A stretch of 64,000 nucleotides of DNA from Lingula anatina (lineage: Eukaryota > Animalia > Brachiopoda), in NCBI GenBank assembly GCA_051362555.1, contig CM120647.1, forward strand, positions 8,494,001 through 8,558,000. The letters run 5' to 3'. Below, in pieces: positions 38,391 through 49,003 of this stretch. Made by a program: the position numbers and the translations under genes. The notes under the pieces are model-generated. The model was not told the origin of the DNA, did not search any database, and saw only the letters and a program-made list of their open reading frames with translations. Position 1 is the stretch's first letter. Each line of letters opens with the position of its first letter.

Positions 38391-38605
38391 CTGAAAAGGT
38401 CAACATCAACATATGCAATCTTTAAGGTTGACGTAAAATATAGTACTAAAGGTCAACATCACAAAACCATGCTAGAGGTCAAGTTCAGTAAATTAAGCAA
38501 TGAAGGTCAACACTACAAAATAAAATACTTCTTGTCCACATGAAAGATGGTACCAGAAGTCAACATCATGAAATGCACCACTTTGAAAAGTATTCAAACT
38601 TGCAT

Positions 38606-38651
<46 letters not shown>

Positions 38652-38776
38652 ATGTCAATTAAAAACATCTGTTTTGTTAATTTCCAAGCTATATAGTTCT
38701 CATTAATTATTTATTACGATGGTGGAGGTACTTGACATTTTATGAGTCATATTAAAAAATGTATATCAGCCTCTAT

Positions 38777-38850
38777 GTGGATCAGTGAATTTCTTCAACA
38801 CTCTCAGGCTTTATAGCCTTCAGGTTATCGTATTGAAACATCACTTCCAC
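38777..38850 (-). ncRNA. Duplicate of C/D snoRNA copy A (guide degenerate)
   Basis: Boxes and terminal stem are kept, but the guide reads CAATACGATAAC instead of AGAAACGATAAC. Confidence 0.45.
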
Positions 38851-39585
38851 AAAAACAAGCTTCCATTTAAATTAAGAATGTAAAAAGAAACATATAAATA
38901 AAAAACGAAAACAATGCCATCTGAAAGTGCCCATTATCCACCAGACTGGATCTTCAAAAGAATCAAGAACATTGCCATTTAATATTTTTTATAAACCCCC
39001 CAAAAAATGGTTTTCAAATTGGATAACTGTTCCAAAGAGATAGATTAACTATAAAATGCACTCACTTGTCATCTGCTGTTGGTGTGAACTGTTTCTTGCT
39101 CAAGACAATGGCATCGTCACCAACGTTACCCCCAGTGCCCGCGGTGACAGTCATGCCACCAAGACTCACCCCCAGGAGGTTACGCACACGTACCTAGGAC
39201 ACAAGAAAAAAATGTTTATGCCCTTAAAGCAATTTACATTAAAAGTATGAATCACTTGTTCACATTAGGTATTCACAAAAAAATAATAATTAGGGTCAAC
39301 ATTTGTGGTATTCAAACATAATACTTATCAAATGCAAGTCCGATAGTTTGTTTCAAACAATTTCAGTATATTTTGGCTAATACAGTATATTTTGGCTAAT
39401 ACTTTCATAAACCTGGTTTGCACAACAAATTTCACCTTAGCAGTAAGCCATCTGTAATACCCTAAGTCACAAGAAAAATGCTGCATTTCTTTCCTATTCA
39501 TAACACATGAAGAATGCTGCATTTCTTTCCTATTTATAACACTTATTTAACCAAAGTTACCTAACTAGAAGCAAAAAGAGTACTA

Positions 39586-39658
39586 TGGATCAGTAATTGT
39601 TGTCTCTACTTTGAGGTCTAGTTGCCCTCAGGTTATCGTTTCTGAACATCACTTCCAC
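39586..39658 (-). ncRNA. Duplicate of C/D snoRNA copy B (guide intact)
   Basis: Reads GTGGAAGTGATGTTCAGAAACGATAACCTGA...CTGATCCA. Boxes and guide are identical to copy B while the spacers differ. Confidence 0.62.
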
Positions 39659-42600
39659 CAAATTTTGCAGCATTACTCATGTGACCATTATGAACAATGT
39701 TTAAACCTCAAGTGATGACAAATTCTATTCACATCACCAAAAAGGAGGCAAATCTTTCAGAACAAGTTAACCATCAAATGACTCTAAGATCCTTTTCAAC
39801 TACTTTTTACAAGATAAAATTTAAGTCCAAATACAAACAACTGAAAATAATTTTATTTATACAATCGAAAAAAAAATCTTCCAAAAGATTGGGAAAGTCC
39901 CCCCCCCCCCCTTATATTTCCACTGCCAACCTTATTATCTGTAAGTGTTTTGACAGCTGAGAGCAGATGTGCTGCCGTCTTCAGCTGCTGTACCGACTTC
40001 CGGCCCAGGAAATAGTTGGTAAATTTTATAATCTTCTCCTGAAAATATTAACAGGAAAGCATCATTACAATGTTTTCAAGATAAAACATTTCATTTCAAA
40101 ATCAAACAAGGAAACACTGAATTCATAACAAAATTCTTCTTACAGCAAAGTGAATCAAGTGTACAGCCTTTGCAGATTTTTTCCACAAAACTTTAAATTC
40201 ATTGATAAGTTAAAAAATTTAAAAAGGGGAAAAATTGTACCATTGGATTAAAACATGTACAAATAAATAAATAAAATAAAATAATAAATTCCAAAATTTT
40301 CTCCTTACCTCATCTATAGGAGGGACCTTGTCAACCTTTGTTGCCAGTTTATAAGCTGAGTCAATTACAACTGACGTTGTAAACAGCCCTCCTTCGAACT
40401 GTAAATATTTATCATCGACCTCGTCGGCCTGTGCGACCACATCCTCTATCCTTTCAAAGAATTTGCTGACATCCCCACTGAGTTGAGCAGCTGCTAAGAA
40501 GGCATAGCCCAGACTGAAGTGAAACCGGATAATATTTAAATTTTAAGCGGTTAATTTTTTTAAATACTTTCACATTTTAAGAGTTTCGTCGTTCATACAG
40601 AGAGAACAGTTCTTACTTTTAAACAGGTTTTATAATTCAAATTAGTAAATGTCAGTAAGGAATGCATTATGGAACCTGCACATTGTACAGGTTCCATAGC
40701 TGGTAGCAATGGTCAGACAACAGGGATTTTTTTTTATTTGTTATTTATTTATTTATTTTTTTTTTGCAGAGGGGGAGGGAGGGGGTTTGGGTAGGGGGTG
40801 GGTGGGTACTGCAAGCTGTGAGTGTAGTACACTATATATGTTTATATGCTGGTCTCACCTGAGAGCGCTGTCATCTTTTTTCAGTACCTCTAGCAGGGTC
40901 TGGCTGGCGTTGGCTGAGTCCACTAAAACAACAGAGAAAATAATTAAATAAAAATCTCCAATAAGAATTTTTTGTGAAAAAGGGCAACTTATTATGGTAA
41001 AAGTATGATGTTAAGAGCTTGAAAATGGTTTGTAAAATTCTGAACATATCTAGATATCATATAAAGAGAACATCTTTAAAATTTACAAGAAAATTTAATG
41101 TTGCCTGTGTATTATTTTGTTTCCAAACTTTGGCTCAATTGGTTTCAGAAAAAAAAAAGAAATTCAAACCCAGCTTACCTGTCACACCCAGATTTTTTGC
41201 TGCTAAAATTGCATAGTAAATGTTCACCACTGGCTGATCTGTCTTAAGACTCTCTGCAATTGTCTCGTTGGCAGTGTTCGCTGTCAGCTAAAGTATACAT
41301 AAAATGTCATTTCAGTATTCAAATATCATCTTTAGAAAAAGCTATTATTTACAACAAAACATTAAATAAATAAATAAATAAATATTGATTTATTTATTTC
41401 AACAGTATTCAAATATCATCTTTGAATCATTTACAGCAAAACATTAAATAAATAAATGAATAAATAAATAAATATTTATTGATATTCAACAGTCTGAACC
41501 CCAAAATCTATCAGTTGATGCTTGTGCAATGATTAAACAAAGTTTTTGTCTCACAGCAAAATATCATCAAGTTTTGACAGAAGGGTTGTAATGCAGGAAA
41601 CTATTACAACAAAACAAAATAAAAGATATTCCTAAAGAAGGATAATCCCTCTCCAAGTATTACCCAGTTATTACCTACCTGGCATCCACCCAAATTTTTG
41701 GCCGCTGAAGAGGCAAAGAATAAACTTTCTACGCTACTCTGGTCCAAGTTGACTTGAAGATAGTTGCATACATCCTTAAAAAATTAACTAAATTGGTAAA
41801 AAATGATAATCAAATTCAAAAATTGCGAAACATAACAGTATTTAAGTTGTAAAAAAATATGCGTTTATATAAAAGTTTTATAAACTAAACTTAGATATAT
41901 TTAGATATATAAACATGGGCTTCTTAAATCTTAATATCAATTTTTATATATTCATTCAAAAAAAGTCTTTTATTTCAAAGAGAGCAAACAAGCAAACATT
42001 ATTTTTTTTACGATTATAATTATTAAAATCATAAGTTTTGAAGACTCAATTGTATTTACTAACCTTAGAGTTAGGGATGACTACCCCCAGCAACGTCAGG
42101 CCCATGATGGAGTAGTGGGCAACCTCTACATCTGAGTACGGTGCTGCTGCTTCAAACACTGATCTCAGCCGTGTCTGATCAGCAGCAGAAAAATATGATG
42201 ATGGCGTCAAAGCCTGTCCCATTACGGACAGCAAGGCAAATGCAACTAATAGAATGGTACCTGAATGAAATACGAAAAACTGTTATGTCTGCAGGTGTAT
42301 AATCTTCATGCCTTTATTTATTTTTCATTTCTACACTTGCTTGCATTATTATCTACTTAGCTTGTTTCTTCTTCTTATTAATTATTTTGATTTTATTACT
42401 ATAATTGTAGCAATTGTTGTCAATTCTATTTATCTATACTTTCTTTTAATTTTTTCACCCCCCCCCCCCCCCCCCCCCCCGGAAATCAAGTCAACGCAAG
42501 GCAAGTTCCCCGCAGTTGAGCAATTATGATATAGACATCAATTCTACAAGTTTTAACAGAACAAAAATAACTCCGGAAATCAATCATTTCCCCCGGAAAT

Positions 42601-43437
42601 CAAGTCAACGCAAGGCAAGTTCCCTACAGTTGAGCAATAATGATATAGACATCAGTTCTACAAGTTTTAACAGAACAAAAATAACTTGAACTTATATGAA
42701 TGGAAGCCAAGAAATAAATCTTAATCCTTCAGATAGCCAAACAGGAAACCCAACTTTAAAAGAGTCAAACTTTCAAAGCGTGTCATTTTATGGACTGTCT
42801 AAAAGATATATATGAACCATTAACTGCATATGAGAAACTTTTATCTCTTTTTGCTGACACAAACTTAAAGACAAAATAAAAGTTAAAAGTTAGAGATATA
42901 TTGATGTGGCACATAAGCACCCACATGTCAACATGGCGGCTACCGGCTAGAATCCGCACCGGAATACTTAACAATTTTCTTTCAAAGTACACCGCATTGC
43001 AAAGTGACCCCAACTTGACAGTAAGATCCGTGTATGGCGGAGCAAAGTGAATTCCATTTCATCAGAAAATGAAAAAAAAAACGGCCGTATTTCCTTTTCA
43101 TTTGATAAATGAGTAGTAATAGAAGGACGCGAGAGGTAGTAAAAAAAAAATGGTAGAATGTGGCAGAATGTTTTGTATCATCTGTTTTATAACTATTTTG
43201 TATTTATTTTATGTGTTTTACTTCACTTAAATGGAGACGCTTATATTGGTTGACGTAACAAGTGTGTACGCAAGCTTTGAAAGGTAGGTGTTTGTTTACT
43301 ATTGAATTGGATGAGCATAAAGACGCGCATCCGTTATTATTGATCCGAAACCTGATATGAAATTGAACAGTTTAACGCGTCTCACAATGTGTAAATAAAC
43401 AGGGACCGCAATCAATCAGGTGAGGCTATTCTAACAC

Positions 43438-43650
43438 CCCATTTCCATAGATTAGATCGACCTACTTTAGATCGACCTAACTCCCTGGGGGTTCACGCTA
43501 AATAGCTGTCAGCCGGGCGGACACGAAAGTTAATTATCCCCTTACAGCTTGTAGTAGGCGGGACGGACATTTAAGTCAGATTATCTGAAAGTAATCTAGT
43601 GAGACTCCCCGCGGGGATAGATCGATCTAAAATCTATGGGAATAGAGCCT
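43438..43650. mobile_element. Inverted relative of the MITE at 23471-23686
   Basis: Reverse-complement similarity over about 200 bp (CTCCCTGGGGGTTCACGCTA, AGTAGGCGGGAC, GATCGATCTAAAATC). Confidence 0.65.
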
Positions 43651-44199
43651 AATTTACAAAGTGTGAGGTATACATACCAAATACATAGAGTATTGTGATA
43701 GTGTGTGGTTCGCAAACACTGAATTCATTAACTTTGCCTTTTACTAGAGTGAACTGTACAGCGGTCAGCATTAAATGAATGACACTATGAGCGGATAGTA
43801 TTATAGTAGTGCTAGTAGCGTTAAATCGTGAAACAACAGTTGAGGTTGGCTATTTGTACTTAAACGCTGCATTGACTTCTTTAAAACTCAACCCTTTATT
43901 CCTAAATAATCGCCTTGGTTTTCAACAGGCAAATTAGTAATACAGGCGGTCGTAAACAACCTCTTTAGAGCACGGCCTTTTGTAGCCACAGCCATCACTT
44001 CACAACATTTGTCAGATTTAAAGCTAAACATTGCCAAATATCTTCATCTTTAAAAAATATGACTATTTTCTCTTCCAAGTCAAAAATTCTCAGCATTTTT
44101 TCTGATCCAAAGCTAAACGTTACAAATTTTTCTGCTCGTTTTTAAGATTGAATATTTTTCCTTCAGATGAATCACTTTTGTTTTTTATGTTAAAATGAA

Positions 44200-44750
44200 A
44201 AAAAATTCACTTCAAACTAAAAATTTAAAAGTTTTCCACTTTAAAATTAAACAGAACAAAATACTTGTTTGTCTTTGAATACCAGAAAATATCTAAGTGA
44301 AACAGTAACATGATTGTTTAAAGTTAAACTGTACAGTTTTCATTTTTCTTGTTCAACTGTGAAAATCAGTTTTTCCTTGTTTTAAAAAATGAAACAGCAA
44401 TTGCAACCTGATATGCAGAAGTATTTTATCTCTAGTGCATGAAACAACAGTTTCACTTTCCGATTTAAGTTTAATTTTCCTGTTCATATCAGAACTTTCC
44501 CAATGAAAAAGACAAATGTTTGTTCTTCTTAAACAACAGTTATTATGTCTGTTTAAAGTTAAACAGTGCAGTATTTTTTCTGTTCGTCTTTGAATTTCAG
44601 AAGATCTCCCGATCAAAATGAAACAGAAACATTAATGTAATCTGTAGAAATATGTTCTCTTTATTGCAAGAAACGACAGTTTTATGATTATTTAAAGTTA
44701 AACTGTACAATTTTCTTTTTTCGTGTTCGACTGTGAAAATCAGTTTTTCC
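44200..44750. repeat. Degenerate tandem repeat with a GTTTAAAGTTAAAC core
   Basis: The core recurs at about 44316, 44551 and 44690. A related block lies at about 45465-45680. Confidence 0.5.
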
Positions 44751-45824
44751 TTAAAGTCATAATAACTCTTCGTTTTGGCCAAAAATTGGATTTTCCTGGC
44801 GTAAACGGCAATTTTCCCGTACTTACCAATGGTCAAAGACCGCATTCCTGCATTCAAAGTTAGTCCAGGGTTTTTTTCCTAAACGCTTGGTTTTTTTTAA
44901 TCTCTTAAGAGATTTTAACTGACGGAGCCCTCTCTGACATTGCATAAGTCACGCGATATCGAGCGGGGTTTTCTGATGACCTACTTAAAACCGCGGGAAA
45001 AGCAGACAACAACAACACTTTATTACACTAAAATAAGATTCATACGATATAATCGTCTTACTGCTCAGAATGCATTTATATCTACAACGTGTGCACTTCT
45101 GGGCTTTTCTTATCCGACGCACAGTACAAAAACTCGCAACTTTCTTCTGAGGATTGTGTCATGCGCCTGCTATATCTTATTTCGCCACATGTTATTTTGG
45201 TCTCGAATGCACGCGAGAATCCGCGTGATGCGCCAACATCCTTGGCAACGGATGCCTTGACGACCGAGAAGAAAGACAGCAAAAGCCCTATTGACAAGCA
45301 CAGTTTTTAGTTTTAATACAATAACAGCCGTTTTAGTGGTGAAGTGCAATATAATATATTTCCATGTGTTGTTTAGAATGTATTTCTTGCGGAATTTTGA
45401 ATCTCAAATGAAGAGTTATTATTACTTTAATAAAAAAAAATAAATAAATAAAACACCAACTTGTGATGTGCAGAAGTATTTTTTATCTCCCGTGCATGAA
45501 ACCAGTTTTACTTTCCGATTTAAGTTAAATTTTATCTGTTCATCTTTGATAATTAGACATTTCCCAATGAAAATGACAAGTATTTGTTCTCCCTAACGCA
45601 ATAAACAATAGTTGTTATGTCTGTTTAAAGTTAAACAGTTCAGTATTTCTTTCTGTTCGTCGTTGAATATCAGAAATTTCACCTATGAAAACGCGTCGTT
45701 AGATATTTTTCTACACAAGTCAGCGTCTTAATATTGAAAATTTTGTTGTTACATGTCATAGAACCATAAATTCAAGAAAACAGGCTATATGGATTATATG
45801 CACATTATTCATTAGTACTAAATA

Positions 45825-45991
45825 CAGGGGCGGATTTAGGCCATTTTCTGAGTCTTCTGGAAGACGGTCAGATTTTCAAGTTTACATTGACAGGTATCTA
45901 TTTTTCTGTCGGAAGACGGTCAAAAATGGAGGATGGATCAACAAAGATAATTTGGAAGACTCTCAGAAAATATCTCTGGATCCCCCCCCTG
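45825..45991. mobile_element. CAGGGGCGGAT-family MITE (inverted), 5-bp TSD AAATA
   Basis: Reverse complement of 22815-22982, with AAATA on both sides. Confidence 0.8.
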
Positions 45992-48374
45992 AAATATGCA
46001 ATCTCTGTGCACACGGTGGTAATTAACAAACCCTCTGTTACATTGATAACTACATTTAATGCGTTAACGACAATTTGAATAGACTAAATTAAGAATTATG
46101 CTTATCAATGCAGGCATAAACACCACAAACAGAGCTACGTAATACACTTTCACGTGGAGCTTGTAGGTTGATATAATCGGCAAACATTTATGCTTCATAA
46201 CATTCTGTTGGATTAACAGCTCGACAAAATAAGTGCACATATTTTATGTTTCCGTGTCCAGAAGATATTTTTTAGATAAGAATGTCAGTCAATTTAACAT
46301 TTTAATGTGTTGTAAAGCAATTTATTATCATCATTTTACCGTTGTTTGAAAACCTTTTTCCTAAGTTAAGATAACTCACATTGACCAAGTATACAATACA
46401 CGTTGTACAAATACGTATTCCGAACATAAAGTGCATGAAATGAATGAGTTATACTATGTATGGATTGGTTATTGAGTTGTAAATGGAGATTGTCTGATAT
46501 GATAATATTTTCGGATGATTTAACTGGCACTGTAGGAGGGTATGTGTAGGTTTATGTGTTCTAAACTTATAACTTTCCAATTTCTACACAAGATTGAGCT
46601 GTGCCTCACAAAGATTTCAATAAGTCTGTTGCCTTCCTCAGTTGTTGAAAACATTTATTTACTTTTATCCAAAAGTTTCTGACATAAGGATGGCTTCTCC
46701 CATCTAGCACTCTAAATTACATAGTTATCACAATGTAATATAAAGTTTATGTTAAGGTCGTTCTCAGCTATATATACTGCCAGGGAGGACTTACGCACTC
46801 AGCCTGAAAAATGGCTAGCTAGTGGCCGGTAAAGAGAAGGATAAGCAAAGCAAAAATACTCTACATTTGAACAACAGCACTACACGCACCATGGAACACT
46901 GTGCACCAACAACCTAATACATTATTTTCAAATAGTTTGTAACATAAGGCAAACATTTCTGTATGTATTCTCGCCAAACTTTCATTACTATATAGCTTAA
47001 ATGCTGTACATATTTCTATAATCAAATCTAAGTTTCAGTATGCATACCCTTTTTGTCTGCCATGTTAACTTTCTTCTCAAGTTAATACCAGTGCTGGAAT
47101 AATAAAAGGCATGCAGTTACTATTTGTTATGGATAAAAGTAACTTGTATCCATCGTAGTAATACATAATCTGCCGAAAAGAAAGGGCAGAAAAAAATCAA
47201 CTACTGGTTTTTCAACTAACATAGGTGTACGCGTAAATAAATTTGGTGCACGACGCATTAAACTCTTTTGAACCTTTGGATTTTTTAAACAATTTTTGAA
47301 CTGTATGTTTCATCTCTCACTCTAAAATTAATTCTCCTTCCTGGTTGATGAAATGAGCACAGCACGTTATATGAAAAAAGGATACATTGCAACGCACTTG
47401 CGTCTTACTTAAATGTAAGTGGTTGCATTAATGGAATTACTATAAGAGCCTACTGGTATCTTGCGAATTAAAGAGTAGTCTTCGTTTTTTATAGATGATT
47501 TTGAGGTTAACATCAGATATCGCTATTTATTACAAAGATGCACAAAACAGCAACCTATTTTAGTTTGAATAATACGAGACTTGTAGCATAAAATGCCGAA
47601 TACTGCAGAATAGAGTTTTAGATCGTTTGAAATGATAAAATAGCTTCCAACATTTACATTGCATAATTAAATGACAATTGCGTCAAAATATTTTAAACTT
47701 CAAAACTGTAAAGGGAAATAGTTGCACAAAGCGAAATACAGAAAAAACTTATATTTACCAGTGCGTTAATCAAAAAGCAATATTTTAATTGTCTTTATCA
47801 AACTGTATGCTGTGCACGTTTCTCACACTAGAAGCCACCAAATGTTCCTTCCTGGTTGATGACACGAGCACAGCATGTGATATATGAAATATAGAAATAT
47901 CAAATCACGGAAGTCTCACTTAACTGGCCGCATATCTTTTGTAGCACACATCCTAGACATAAAGAGGCTTCCTTCATTTAAGTTTTGCTTGAGATTAATT
48001 AGCCCTGAGACGTGCTATGAAACTTCAAAATGATTGGACACTCTGCCATCCCGGAAGAACATCTGTAAGATTGCACTTTATTTAGTCCTGGGACCCACTT
48101 TATGCATCTTAGTTTTAATTGTAAATATCAACGTATTTGTCAAGCGCTTAAATGTGTTAGTTGAGCCGCCTTTATGTACAACTGTAACAATCCGAATAAA
48201 AAGAGTACACTGTAGCTCCAATAGCCGTTTTTCATTCTGGCTTATCAGGGAAATTCCGAGGAATTGAAATGAATTAAAAAAACAATGCAGAATGTTGGTC
48301 GATTGTTTTTGTGGGTGAATATTAGATTAACATGAAATACCGTGAGGCTAAACTATTCACCTTTTGTCACTATT

Positions 48375-48435
48375 ATCCTCTTATCTGAGCGATAGAAAAG
48401 TCAAAGTCCGTATTAACAGTACGCTATCTTGACCA
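48375..48435 (+). mobile_element. Possible tiny LINE reverse-transcriptase fragment
   Basis: Translates SYLSDRKVKVRINSTLS*, which resembles the conserved non-LTR RT segment (SYLSDR..VR.N..LS). Very short. Confidence 0.3.
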
Positions 48436-49003
48436 AAGTTCCAGCTTGACAGAATGGCAATGGCTTCCAACACCATGAATCTTGCCTCCACACTGTTGCC
48501 GTACGGAAAAGGACATGCGGGCAATTCATGGGCACTGTATGGACGTTGCATGATCTGTGTAACCTTTTTTGAATTTTTGCTTAATTTTATGTATCTTTGG
48601 ACACAAACTGTGTGTGCAGTTTCCAAAAGCTTTGGGGACCCCTGGCTCAGGCTTGAAAACAATTACTTTAAAGCAAATTGCTGTGGGAGAGAAATTCCTC
48701 CATAAAAGATTCTCATTGCATTTTTCCATGAAAAACTTTTAAATAAAAAATAATAATTAAAGATATTTTAATAAAAAATATCTTTAAAATCCTATTTATA
48801 ATTGTTTTGATAAATGTCGACTGAGGCGAAACATCCTGCATCCTCTCACTGTGTACAATGTACTCGCTTTCACTTTTTTATGTTTTATCAGTTAATTTAT
48901 TCAAATATATTATTGTCTTAAAATGGCAAATCCAATTAAGTGATAAATATATTTACTCGCTTTCGTTCATTACAAAAATCATCTGCTTCACTTTTAATAC
49001 ACT

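Larger units (their letters stand above)
38376..43024 (-). other. RPN2: Partial RPN2 duplicate (exons 2-7, 9 and 5' end of 10), all exons open; 5' half of a putative chimeric gene or a pseudogene
   Basis: Exons 42064-42260, 41679-41774, 41179-41287, 40859-40922, 40309-40513, 39931-40038 and 39066-39193 have the same lengths as in the parent, GT-AG boundaries and no stops. Exon 8 is deleted near 39707. Homology stops about 95 bp short of parental exon 1. Confidence 0.88.

Noticed and set aside
38376-43024. RPN2 copy as a simple uncollapsed haplotype
   Set aside because: Intron divergence is heavy, exons 1 and 8 are missing, and the junction falls mid-exon into a separately diverged GPCR paralog. 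An assembly artefact is disfavoured but cannot be excluded without reads.
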